From Paramecium tetraurelia (Eukaryota): a stretch of DNA of 64,000 bases. Positions 24,960 through 38,321 of the stretch are shown here, piece after piece. The stretch's first letter is position 1. Each line of letters begins with the position of its first letter. The notes beneath the pieces are model-generated. The model did no database searches. It was given only the letters and a program-made list of their open reading frames with translations, and was not told the DNA's origin. The position numbers and the translations under genes are program-made. The stretch lies in assembly GCA_000165425.1 (NCBI GenBank), contig CT867985.1:1-64000 (forward strand), given 5' to 3'.

Positions 24960-27260
24960 TCAATTGGAGTTATGAGGGGTTTGAAATTATAATATTTATC
25001 GATCAGGTGATTCAATCTCTTATTAATCAAATTCACAATAACCAAAAAACATTTATTATTTTCCTAAAGGCGAACCCTAATCAAAACAAGGAGAATTAAA
25101 GAAATTAGGTGATTGATATTCATGAAAATAGTTTCTTTAAACAGGAGAAATCAAATCCTCTTATATAAAATTCTAGTATTTTATATCCTATTATTCTATT
25201 GCTTCTTAATTCGCTTGTTCTGCTCCGGTTAATGGTTCAAATTTTAAATTAATATCTTACTCCTCCTTCTAACTTTTTTGAGTATTTTACTCCTTCTTCT
25301 CTTCTTGTTTAATTGAATCCTCATCTAAAAATATATCATTTTCTATTTCAATTGCATTCGGATTGATTTTGTGATTTTAATTACATTATTCATCAAAATT
25401 GTCCTTCTCATCAATTATAATGCAATATTGATTTTGATCATATTACTATGGTATTTTTCTATTCACTATTGTATTTAAATGATTCAATTCAAGTTTATTG
25501 AATTCTTAGACAAGTTATTGGTCTAGTTATTTATTCTGCCTAGCTTTTAATAATTTATTTCTAAATTATACTAAACTCTCTAGACTTTAATACATATCAT
25601 TAATGTATGTCCTAATAAATCTTATTTTTTTGATTTCTTATCTATTAAAGGAACTAACCAAAGGTTAAATACTTTTTGATTAGAATACAGTAATACTTGT
25701 AAGGCAGTTATTGATTGTGTATTAATCTGGAAATTTGCGATTTACTAATTTCGATAACTTTTCTAAAGAAAATGGAGCAATTTCAAAATTCTTGTTATAT
25801 GGCAAAGTGGCTTATTTCTTATAACGATTACACAAAACATTTTCAAATTCGTGTTAATCCACAGATAGATTTAAAGATTAAAATTATAAAAATGCTTGTT
25901 TTTTCACCAAATCAATGGCATTACATTCGATTTGTCCAATTGTTAATGATTCCCAAATGCTGCAAATCACCTACTCAATTAATGTTTATTTATTTGTTTA
26001 GATACTATTATAACTAGATAGAATTTATTTTAGACGATTTTAATCTAATATAGGACATGGAAATCCTATCAATTATAAACTTAATTGCTGTTTTTCATAA
26101 ATTTCAATTTTCCTGGTTATATCATCAATATATTAACACGGGATAGCTAATTATTTGTGAATGTCAGTATCAATACCAAATTTATCTTACAGAAAAAGCT
26201 GATCCTCGCATTTTGATTCAGGATTTTAACTGTTTTCCTAACTAAGATTAGATTCTGAATCAATGTAATTCAAGAAAGTCGATGGGAAATAGCATTTTTC
26301 TGTTTGCTTTTGTTTCTTCTTTTGCTTTTTCGATCTGTAATCTAAGCTGCCTTGATTTATAGTTGTGAAGGTCTTAGCTGAAGTCTTGGTTTCTAAGTAA
26401 GATATTGAATTCTTCTCTGTCTGATTATCGACATCATTGTGATATCTTATTCTCTCCTCTTACTTTGAACTATATTTATCGCTTAACAATAGATCTATAT
26501 TTATTATTTTGTCTAGTTCTCCAGATAATTAATTAAAACTATCAATCACTTCAGTTACATTAAAGTAATCCCTTGACTCAATTACAATAAGTAGATTTCG
26601 AAATTCTTCTAATTTATCTATTATTGATTAGATGTATTTTCTTATCCTCCTCACATTTTTTAAATCAGTGATGTTACATAATTATTTAAAATCCTCCGTG
26701 GATTTTGCATCAAACACTTAACAAAAACAGGGGTGACGGAGACTTCTCAAAAACATAGGCATAGGACTTTCTAACAAAGCAAAGAAATTTGCATACTCAA
26801 ACTAAGTATAAGGTATTTTACTATAATAGGGATTACAATATCGGGATTCAAAAAGTGATTCGATTTCCTACTCCCATTCCTTGTTACTCCATTCTATTTT
26901 AATCCCTTTTATTGTCAGGAATTATTCTACCCTTCCTCTTATGGTTTATAACCTAGTCTCTTGATCTTCCATGCTGGTAACTTCTCCTATGAAGCTTATC
27001 AAGACTCTAATCATTCGTTTCTATTCAATTTCGTTTTACTCCATTATGCCATTGAGATAGGCAAATATTTGAGTACTATCTACTTGTATGGTTGGAAAAC
27101 CAAACAAACAAACTAGCTGTCGTTTTAATAAGTTCATATTGCACTTGTCCTTGATTCTTTCCAATTGTTGTTTCTCAGATTCTGGATACTCCACATCAAA
27201 TTCTTAGGAATACCAATTATGTTAACACTCTAAATCGAACATATCATCCTATTCAGACAT
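24960..27260 (-). CDS. Hypothetical protein (~766 aa, apparently intronless)
   Basis: Code-6 ORF MSEQDDMFDLEC...QTPHNSN-TGA spanning 2301 nt (multiple of 3). No recognisable domain. Confidence 0.7.
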
Positions 27261-27649
27261 CAATTTATTTATAAATTATATTAATTATTCTAACATCACT
27301 ATTTAAGAGACACTGTTACAAGCAACCTGATATCACTTCCTCCTCATACCAGTTTTCCTTACTTTCTGTATTTAAAATTCATTTGGTCTCTGAACGATAA
27401 TGGGAATAGTCGAATTCGATATTAATTAAAATTTGTGAAAATTCATGTTTTGTGTAAATATTGAATTCTTTCATCAATATATTCTTAATTTTATATAGTT
27501 TTACACTAGTCCCATTGATATCAATCATAAAATGATGCTCCTAATCATAATATGCTTGTTCTTCATAATGAGAATTTATTAGCCTCATTTATATTACAAA
27601 TAGTGATATGATGAAAATAATAGTCTATATTTTAAATTATACTTATATC

Positions 27650-29171
27650 TCATTTTTTTTAATCCTAAACCTTCGTCTGTTTACCCAGCTTGCTTTAGAA
27701 AAAGTTCTCCAAAATATCAAAGTATTAGGTTTATGGTTTGTTCTCAGATGATTAATTCATTAACTTCTCATCCTTTTCTTTGCTTTCAACTCCATTTTAA
27801 GAGTTATCATCATTTTGAGATAGTTACTTGGCAGGTTTAAAATATTCTAATAGAGTCTTTGATTTAAGAACTTTGATTTGAATAGTTTTCTTTTGTTGTA
27901 ATTGATCCTACATATTTACTTATCCATCCTAAGACTAATCGTTCTAATCGTTTTATTTTATGGATGATTTATCTAAAATAAGATCTTAACTAATTTCATC
28001 TTTTTATGTGTGCTTTTCTGTTGGTTAATTTGTGACATATTACAAAATTACTGGTTTGAGTTATAGTACCTTCATCTTATTCAAATAATATTCTACTGAT
28101 AGATCCTATAATTAGTTAGCTGTTAGATGTAATTCATCTCTGGTTTATCTTTATACTTGCAACTGTTAAATCTTATTTAATGCATTCATAATGCGACTTA
28201 AATATTCTCTTATCAATCTGACATTATGTAATTCATTTTCGTCCACTAGCTCTCTGATATCAATACTCTCTTTGGTTTATAATGGAAAGTTCTGGCAAAA
28301 TCGACATTGCATTTACATCTTACTCCATTTATTTATTTAAGTGAACAAATTCAAAGTTTCTAATATAATTTAGTATTTTTCTTTTCCTTCTAAATCTCTC
28401 CTCATATTCACATTTGGCATATAAAAGTATGGAATTTCAAACAAAGTGCTTTGAATTATTTTATCCCATCTCTCCTGTGTCCAATCAAGTTTGATTCCAC
28501 AATCTTCTAAATATTCCGTAATCTATTTTTAGATCATGACTTTTTTTGATTCTACATTTAATGTAACTTCATTATCACTCTCAACATATGCTTCACCTAT
28601 GGCTCCAATTAGCTTTGATATCACGCTTTCGTCATTCAATTTAATTTCATTTTGATATTACTTGATAAACTATTTTATTCTATCATAATGTAAATTTATT
28701 GTTGGAATTCCTATCTCTGTAAGTACTGTAAATTTAGCATTATAAAATTTTAGTTTTTGATTAATTTAGTCCTCCATCTATGTATCAATCCTTTCTTACT
28801 CCTTATCCTTGCTACTTTACCTTTTTTATTTAGTAGTTTGTTTATTTCTTTTTGATTTTTCATTAACTTTTGTATCTTGAGACTATTTTTATTTATCCTT
28901 CGTTTGAGATTCTTGAGGTTATTCAATTTTAGGTTGGATACTAATGTTTTTCTACTAATTTCTATTTCTCTATAGAGATTTCGTCTTAATTATTTTCACA
29001 GATTAAGTTGAATTATTACCAGCCATTTTTCTATCAATATTTAACAATCAATTACCTTTTCATATCATTTTAACCTTGCTATTTATTTGATCTTAGCCTC
29101 ATTCGCTTTATTTTCCTAGAGTTTCTTGATCCTAGAGTATTATTAGATTTTTGACCTCCATTTGATTTCAT
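27650..29171 (-). CDS. Hypothetical protein with K/Q-rich N-terminus
   Basis: MKSNGGQKSN..., intron gtaattgattgttaaatattgatag, central EYLEDCGIKLDWTQERWDKII. First in-frame TGA is at 27650, and the 3' end is uncertain because it sits in an A8 run. Confidence 0.6.
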
Positions 29172-29552
29172 TTTTGATTATAAAATTAATTAAATCCAAT
29201 TTTACGTATGATATCATAATTAATTGTTTAATTAAATAGTAAAATAAGAAAAATGTCAGTATATACTAAATGATAGAAACTTAAAGAATTTGGATTTTTT
29301 GAAATATTCTTGAATCCAATAAGATATAATCAATATAAATTTTTTACCTGGAATAGAGATTTAAATGTAAATGATTATCTGTAATGTATTAATTTAGTAA
29401 CTCTGAAGAAATAGGGAGTAATGATACTTAAAATTCTTATTATCTTGATTCCAATTGGAGGGTTCCAGATGTAAAAATATAAAGGAGATTGTATATTGGT
29501 TTTGAACATTATTTAGTACAATAATTATAATTATCAATATTATAAACAGTCA

Positions 29553-31636
29553 ATGTTCAGGAAGCAGGATTTCAAAAAATTGGAATTGTTAGGCTCAGGT
29601 AAGAAGCATACCAAGATCTATCGAGTGTAGCACATCCAAACAAATAAAGTATATGCTTTAAAGGAGATTGAAAGCAACTAATTTGGAGAAACTGAATGAA
29701 TACAAAGAGGAAGCAGTTTAACTTAGTAAGGTATAGAACTGTGGAAATGTGATTCGATTTTATGGATACTACTTTGCTGAAACTCTTTATAATACATTTC
29801 GGTTAGGAATCATAACGGAGTATTTATGCATATATTAATTTAGGTACATGGATCATAACATGAATTTGGAAAATCTATATAGGAAAAGAAAGAAACCTAA
29901 TTAGTTCTGGAAGGAAAATGAGTTAGTAACTATGTTGTTTAGCATAATATCGACATGCTCTTATTTGCAATAAAAAGGGATTTGCCATAGAGACATAAAA
30001 CCAGCTAACTTATTTATGATTCCTAATGGAGAATTGAAATTAATTGATTTTGGAGAAAGCAAGGATTACTTCTTTGACTTAGATAACGAGGCCAAAAATA
30101 CTTATACGATGGCAACTATTAGAGGCACACCTTAATATTTATCACCTATTTTATGGAAGGCTCATGTCATAGATGGAAATAGTAGATATGTAGAACATAA
30201 CATTTATAAATCAGATGTGTTTTCAACTGGATTGGTTATTCATTAGATGAGTGCAATGCAAGAAGTAACTGGGTTCAATAATACTTAATCAAATGAGGGG
30301 GAACAACTGATACTATAGAGTTTGGCTTAGTTAGAATAAAAGTATAGTCCTGCCTATGTGTCGATAATAAAATTGATGCTAATTTTCGAAGAGGCTCAAA
30401 GACCCTCATACGTTGAGATTGAACAATTGTTCTTAGAACATGAAGAGAAATACCAATCAGGAAAGATCTAAGAGAATGTAGCTATTAATGAATACATTTT
30501 GTTGTACAATTAGCATTACAATACCATGTTGAAACGAGGACCTCCTTATAGAACATCACAGGAGGCTGAAGTGTAATTTAAGAACGTGATCACATAACAT
30601 ATGAAAAATGCTGGTTCATCACCGATGATTGAACAATCTCAAAAGTCAAAGTAACCATTAAGGGAATAGCCATCATCCTAAAAATAGCAACAGATTACTT
30701 AATAATAATAATCATAACCAGTTTAAGTTATTAAGCAACCAGTTGTATCGCAATCTGCTTTTTATAGGGATTCAACCTTGATACTGAATGATTCTTGCTT
30801 ATGGTTTGAGTTTGGTGGTAAGACTATAAGTAAATTTTCAACGTCCAAATAAAAATGGCGTTAGATAGCCAAATTAGATGTGGAATTGGATAGATAGTTT
30901 ACAACTCTTTTTGTTCCTGATAAAAAAGCATTTTATTTAATAGGAGGATTCCAAGAGACTAACTTTAGAGTGTATCAAAATGATAAGTTGGAGTTGATGA
31001 AACACTAAATTCCCATGAATAGATTCTTCTGTTCTTGTCTTTATTATAATCATAAAATCTATTGCATAGGAGGGTATGATGAACAACATAAAATTCAACT
31101 ATCATCGGTGTTGTACTACGATCTTATTTCAGAGAAATGGGTTCAATTAGCTGATTTGAAATAACCAAAGAGTTAGGCTGCCCCTTGTAGAATCAATGAC
31201 AATGAAATAGTGCTGTTTGGAGGGTACAACAAAGAGGAAGGGACACTGGACACAATTGAACGATACTTAATAAATGAGAATAGGTGGGAGAAATGTAATT
31301 TGAAATTACCATTGCCTTTAAGAAGATTTATGGCAGTCAGAATCAAAAAGAATTTGGCCTTATTGATAGGAGGTCTAACGATGTATGCTAAGGAGAGTTA
31401 AAAGGTATTGAAGGTGGATTGGGAGAAGAAGGAAATCATCGAATGTGAACCTTTGGAAAAAGGTATTGGATGTGTATAAATAATGTTTAGGTGGAATTGT
31501 TGAAAGTGAGGTGCTTCTTGATACTGAAGGCAATTTACATATATTTCTTGAAAATGCAAATGGTACTTCGCCATATGCTCACATCAAATACTATTTTGAC
31601 CCGAATGCAACCAAATACGAGACTAAAGCTGATTGA
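29553..31636 (+). CDS. Protein kinase fused to a C-terminal kelch-repeat beta-propeller; one +1 frameshift near 29671-29699 as assembled
   Basis: Kinase: LLGSG, YALKEI, ICHRDIKPANL, LIDFGES, GTPQYLSP, KSDVFSTG. Kelch: FYLIGG, KIYCIGGYD..SVLYYDLISEKW, IVLFGGYN..TIERYLINENRW, ALLIGG. Two introns. Confidence 0.85.
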
Positions 31637-31665
31637 AAAATATTTAGTTAAAGAATTTTACACTA

Positions 31666-32379
31666 TCATTAATCTTACAAACTTTTCTTCAAGTATTGAT
31701 TTAAGATGCTTTGAGCAAATTCTTAATGATCACGATCATAGTTATGAGTGTTGGGTCGAATAGAGTATGAAATTATTTGCTTGCGATTAGGCTTTAAATC
31801 CTACAAATCTGTGTCACTGTTAAATCTTCTGTTGATCTTATTCTAAAATATCTGAGGTTTATTGCTATTTTAAAACTATCTCTTTCTTGTGGATTGTGCT
31901 GTTTGAGGGATCTTAATTTATGAATAATCAATAGAAATCTTTTGGCTTTCCTCTTTCTCCTTCTCTTTCTCTTTTTCCTTCTCCTTTTCTTTGAAATTAA
32001 ATTTCAACAAACTCAACTTTCTTTCTAAAAATTAACAATCCTTCTCATCTTCCTTTTTGAATACCTTTTTTATAATGGCGAATCTATTTTTTTATTCACT
32101 GCCTAATTTAAAAAAGGGTTTGAAACTATTTGTTTAATAGAATGTTGAGTTATGCTCTCTTATTTAATTACAATCACTAAACCAAGTGATTTCATTTTGT
32201 CTAGTACTACTTTTACTAGATTAGATTTTGGGAGATCGAAGAGGATATATCAAGTTGTTCGTTTAGATCTTCATTGGATAACGAAAATGCTTTATTAAAA
32301 TCCCTCTTCTTTTTGGAGATTTCGATGAGTCCTATTCTACAGTTCCTTCGACTGGATAATTAATTAATTGCAAAATCAT
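31666..32379 (-). CDS. Hypothetical protein (237 aa) with an EK-repeat stretch
   Basis: 714-nt code-6 span MILQLINYPVEG...EKEKEKEKEKEKEE...KSLQDQ-TGA. Confidence 0.6.
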
Positions 32380-32525
32380 AATAACAATAATTTCTACTAT
32401 AAAGGGAATTCATATAAGTATATGTATTATTAAATAAAATTTGATAAAAATCTCATTATGAATTTTATTTATTCTTTGAAATAATAAAGTTATTACTAAG
32501 ATGTATATTAATTTAATTAATATAA

Positions 32526-34461
32526 TCAATACTGTTTTTTAAGAAAGTACGGATGATTAAAAGCTTAATGTACATCTAATCGATCAACCTAATTGTAAGC
32601 TAAACACCCTCGAATAAACTCTTTGCACTCATTTGATATTACAGGTTTCTATGGGAAAGTGACTGTTTATGATTTTATAATAATCTATCATTTAATTGAT
32701 GTGATTACCTATTCTTTCAATATCTTCTCCTAACTCAATCCCTATCCAAACGGTTTTTATCCAAACAGCATTTCAAAGAAGATGACTCCAATGCTCCAAA
32801 TATCAACTTTGCTTGAAATGCTAGGAGGCTAATCGCCCATATGAAAACATTCCGGAGGCAAGTACCAATAGGTTCCAACGCCTTGGGATGTTAATTATAA
32901 TTTAGAATTGTCATCCTCTAAGACTTTGCACAACCCGAAATCTGAGATTTTCAAATCGTTTTAATGAAACAAGATATTCTATGGTTTCAGGTCATAATGT
33001 ATTATCTTGTTCTTGTGATTATTTAGGTATTTAATGGCTGAAATGATCTGAAATATCAATAACTTGGCTTCCTTCTCTGGAAATGATTTATATCTCTTAA
33101 TATAGTAAGATAAGTCTGGTCCATCACACAATTCCAAAACAGTGCAAAATGAAGTCTTATCTATTTCAACAGAATCATAGAGTTTAACGATATTTTAATG
33201 ATTAAGCTCTTTATGCACACCATTCTCTCTAATTGCATGTCGAATATAATTCTATTTAGCATGGTCAGACCAATTAGAATTCAATTAATGTATTTTACAT
33301 GCAACTTCTTTAAAGTCTTATAAATCGAATGCCTAATAAATTAACACTAGTTACTTTATAAACTTCGCTGAATCCGCCTTTACCTAATAATGACAATATT
33401 TAATATCTTGATCCAATTAATGGATAATCATTATTCTTGGTAAATCTGGCATGTTCCTCTTCATACAATCGTTTCATCTACTTGATGTGTAAGACCTTCT
33501 CAGTCTCCAACCTATCGATCTTTTCTTGTATCAATTGTTCTTCCTTTGCTATAAAATTCAATTTGACATTGATTGCCCTTATTTCAGCCTCGTCTTTATT
33601 CTTTGGATTTTTCTTTTTATTTTCTAAGTCCTACTTAGTATTTTCAAGGTTTTTGGCTTGTTCCCTTGCATCTTTGATCTCTTAGCCTTCAATCCAAACA
33701 TCAATAACGTTTATCTTCTCTCTTTAAAGATTGAACTCTCCCAATCTAAAGCGATTATTTTTAATTTGTATTTGTAATTATTGTTTTTTTAGTTTTTCAT
33801 TATCGATGGCTAATAATTTCAGTACTTCTTGCATTTTAGAATGTTGATCTGTGAGAGTCTTCATTTAAGTCTACAATAAATACAGAAATTGTCTCCTTTA
33901 ATTCACAATTCAATGTCTCCAGCTCTTTGATTCGTATCTCTTAGATGACAATTTTGTTCTGCTTTTCTTTGAGTTGCTATTCAATGGCATGGTCATTTGG
34001 TATAGTAGTCTTGTTCTTGAATGGAGAATCTTGTATTGTGTACTCAATGAGTTTCTGTTCGCCTTTTGTGACTTTTAATTATTTCTTTTATGCTTGCAAA
34101 TATTGAGTAATCTAATTATTTTTAATAAATTAACATCTTTTTATTGGGTTTCCTTAGTTTTTTTCTTTTTTTTCTACTAGGAATTCTTGCTCACATAATT
34201 GGTTTTCTTGTGAACTGGACTCATAACCTAAGAAATAACAATGTTGTCAGGTGAAATCTCACTCTAATTGGAACATTTCAAATCCTCTGGCTTTTTATTA
34301 GAATCGGTATTTGGTTGATTATTATCATTCTCATCATTTTATTTGTTTTTCTCGGTTTGCAGATATTATTCTTAGATGATCTCCTCCTTTGATTTCTTAT
34401 GTATTCTGGCTTCTAAACATATGAGTCTATCTAGTTATTCTGGCGGTAATTATTGATGCAT
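32526..34461 (-). CDS. TLK: Tousled-like kinase
   Basis: N-terminal LEAR motif and coiled coils with RLGEF. Kinase motifs [64 protein letters not shown] and [14 protein letters not shown] are TLK hallmarks. Confidence 0.95.
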
Positions 34462-34603
34462 AATTTATAATTATTAATATAAAATGAGCACCAAAAAATA
34501 TGAGACATCAAATAAAAAAGGATTGTAATAATTATAACAGTTAAAATATTCGAGATATTAAGTAATTTGATATAAAATAATAATTTTTTAATATTTAATA
34601 GAT

Positions 34604-35017
34604 TCAAGCAGTTGCATTTCCATTTTCTAAATAATGTTTTTTCTAAATCAATACTACTTCTTCTAAATGTTCCCTACAATAAATATCAAAGTATTACTAA
34701 TCAAAGAATTTGCCTGCATACATCAACACATCATCCGGTTTCTCCTCCAAAACTCTAAACAGGAAAATACTCAGCATAACTGATAATTCCGGATGCTTTC
34801 TTAAATAGATTTCATTTGCCATCCTGAATTGCACCTTCTTCTTCTCCAACTCAACTGCTTGACTTGTCACCAAGCCTGGTTAACCAGCAATATCATGTGG
34901 GTTAATGTATTTTTCTTTATCATACATATTTCGAATTTAGTAATCATAGAATTCATTAACGTGTTCCTTCTCTGATTGATTAGTGATATTGGTATCATTA
35001 AGATGATCAAATGACAT
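34604..35017 (-). CDS. RIIa dimerisation/docking-domain protein (RIIAD1-like)
   Basis: KKVQFRMANEIYLRKHPELSVMLSIFLFRVLEEKPDDVLMYAGKFFD matches the RIIAD1-type pattern NE.YLR.HPE...L...P.....A..FF. One 24-nt intron. Confidence 0.8.
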
Positions 35018-35802
35018 TAAAATTGAATAATTAATTTAATAATCAATTTTCATAAACTTATGTTTTTTTGGACAGCTAGGTTCCATTGATCCTTTTGATT
35101 ATAAGTATGACCCAACATCATTATGACTATCAAGAACACATTTATAACGACTAAGCATATGCGAACTCAAGTAGATAATTCGAATTTGAATCTAGTTTAT
35201 TTTGTTGACATAATAGATCACTACTCTAGGAGATATATAATCATAAAGTTATGGGTTACATTTCTTGTTGAAGATTTTAGTTTTTCTCAATTTTTGATCG
35301 GTCTTAGATGAAATTGTTGAATTGTCTTGGTAACATAAACATCCCCAGATTATAAAATGCTTGTGGAATTATTCTAATAATGGATGCATTATTTAGTAAT
35401 TTCTACTATTATTGGAGTGATCATCAATAAAAATGTTAAATTTGAAATAATCCAGTTTGTTTGCTATAGTCACTTTTACTAATCCTAAGATGTTTGAGGC
35501 AGTTCAAAGTCAGGCAACACCATAATTCATAAATACTTTTTGATATTGAGATTGAAGCATTAATTTCAACTGGTTGTTGATATCTTCTGGATAAAGAAAA
35601 TACAACATATATTTGGCCATCTTGTGCGATTGTTGTTACAGTATCTTTTATTTGGAGGATTACCTTAAAAATGAAATAAACAGAGACATCATCACTAGAA
35701 ACAACAATAGATGAGCCAAGGGCAGGTAAAAGAAAGATTGAAAATGCGTATTTTTTAATTTAAACTGTATTTTTTACAATATAATATAAAATAATTAAGG
35801 AA

Positions 35803-38259
35803 ATGAAATATAATCCAAATCTATATGCACCAATTGCAATGTAAATCGTATTATATATGAATCCTACAGATTGCTTGGAATATGCTTATTATTTAATAGA
35901 AAGAAAAACGAGACTACATAAGCCTATGTAGGTTATGCATGCATCATTGGAGGATTTAGGTACAACGTTATGTATATTGTTAGTTGGTTTGCTTACTCTT
36001 CAAAAGCCCTGCTCCTCATGATGGTAAGCAGCTATTTTATATATTTAGTATCAAAAATTTATTTAAGAAGAAGTTAATATCCAGATTCAATAATAAACTA
36101 AATCAATTTAGAAAAATTAATCAAAGAAAAAACAATAGAATAAGAACGAGAATCTCGTTAAGACTCCACCATAATAATAAACAACTTAAGAGCCTGAGAT
36201 GCCATAATAATCGAAGGAGAATGAAGTGCAGAAGGTAGTGGTCAAGAAAGGAAGCTAAAAGTTAGCAAATTAAGAAAAGTAGACTAAGCCAAAGGAGGAG
36301 GTAGCATAAAATAAAGTCAAAAATACAAATATTCCTTAAGCACAATCAGTAAAATATTCGAATAAATGTAGACCTAAGCAAAGAAAGAGAATAAATAATA
36401 GAAGATTAAATAACCATTATTAGTGCAATAAGATAATGATGATAATGACGATGAATGGGTTGAAGTTGGCAACAAAAAGAAATAGGTGATTAGACCATAA
36501 AAAAAGGAGGAGGAAGTACAAGTTTAATAATAAAGTAAATCATATACTCACATACTGTAGATCAACAACCTTAGAAGAATCAAGTAATTTAATAGTAACC
36601 AAGTAAGCCATCAGTCTAAACTAATAAATAAGATCCTCCTAAGGTTGAGTCTACTGAATCCAGTAAGAATTAGAGTAGAAAAGAAAAGAAATAGAAATAG
36701 AAGGTTGAAGAACCAGTTGAAGAAGATGATGATGAATGGGATACAGTTGAAAAGAAATAACCAAAGAAAAAGGATAGAGCTTAAGGTGATGAGCAAACTG
36801 ACTATAACAATTAATAGAATAGTAGAGGGTTGTTTACTAAGGACGAATATAGAAAATTGAAGGATTATTAAAAACAAATAGAGGAGGCATACAAGCAGAG
36901 AATACAATAAATAGATGACATCCATCATCTTAAAAAGATCTCTAAGTTGACACAATATGAGATTAAGAATGCTGATCAAGTCCTCAATACTTAGAATGTG
37001 GTCTCAATTCCAGAAATTGATTTGAAAATACCTGATGTTTAACCAAAACAGTATTCAAGAGAGGAAATCGACAAATTAGTGTAAGCTAAGATGCCTAAGC
37101 CTAAAAATGTTGTATCGAATGATGTATTCGTTGAGAAATCAGAGCCAATTCAAGTTTAACCAAAAAAAAGTTAATAAGCTGATCCCATAGTCTTGAAGTC
37201 AAAATTAACGCTGTTTAAACCATTACAATAGGAATAGAAATAGAAGGAATAATTAATATATACAGATCCCTCGATCAGTTTTATTGTTAATAAGGATAAA
37301 TAGAGACCATTCTTCTCTGGTCAAATAGAGTTACCTGCCAATACAACCGGAAAGGATTTGTTTGGGAGAGTCAAAAAATATAGAAGACCAACCTAGGTGA
37401 AGAAGTTGTCTGAGATAAAGCAGTCTAATTAATAATTTATAGCAGATGGCAACGATAACTTTGAGCCTATTCTTTAGGATCTAGGGAAAGCAGTCTTGCC
37501 TGGATACAAAACGCTGGATGAAGAAGGCAGAATAAAATTGATAAGGGATTCAGTGCAAGTTCAATATAGACAAGACGCTGAGAACCTTTTGGAGGAGGAA
37601 ACTGTGGAGTTAATTTTAAGAGGAAGCAGAGAAATCATCCATCAGGAATACATTTAACTTGTTAATAAGTTCAGAGAGCTTAGGAGAAAGAGTTTGCAGG
37701 AAAGAAAATACGAAGAATACATCAGTATAATCAAGGAGATGGATGAAGAGATCTATTAGTTATCGACGAGGGGGACTCACATTATCATGTAGTCTTTGAA
37801 TATTAGTGAGGAGGATTATCATAAGTCTTTCTTATTTTACTCTTAGCAACCAGAATTTGTTTCGCAGTTGGCATTCTTTGATTAGAATCTGAAGGAGATC
37901 CTGCCTGCTAAATTTGCACTCAATAAAAAATAGGGAATTGAATTGATTAGATTTAAGATTGATGTAATTGAGCATCACGAATCGAATCAACAATTCAATT
38001 CTGTGATGAAGATATTTCATAGTTAGGAGGATGGTGACAACAAGGAAATCATGGCGATCCTCTTGAATTCATTGATTGACGACATTATTTATCAGAAGTA
38101 TGGGTATGAGGAGGAGGACAAGATTCGATTTATGAGTACTTTTTGATTGCTAATTATCTTTTAGAGTAATTTGATAAGGATTCGGAGATCCAAGGACTGT
38201 AGATGAGGTTGGAGCACTTGGTGGAGAAGGTGTAAGGAGCCTAGCAAGTTGAGTATTGA
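35803..38259 (+). CDS. Hypothetical protein: hydrophobic N-terminus, long Q/K/E-rich region with two DDEW-x-x-V motifs, helical C-terminal domain
   Basis: Frame traced across several short introns to ...GAQQVEY-TGA. The 5' exon structure is provisional. Confidence 0.75.
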
Positions 38260-38321
38260 CAGATATATTAATCATTGATAATTTAATTGGAACTTGATTA
38301 TTAATAATATAAAAAATTATA

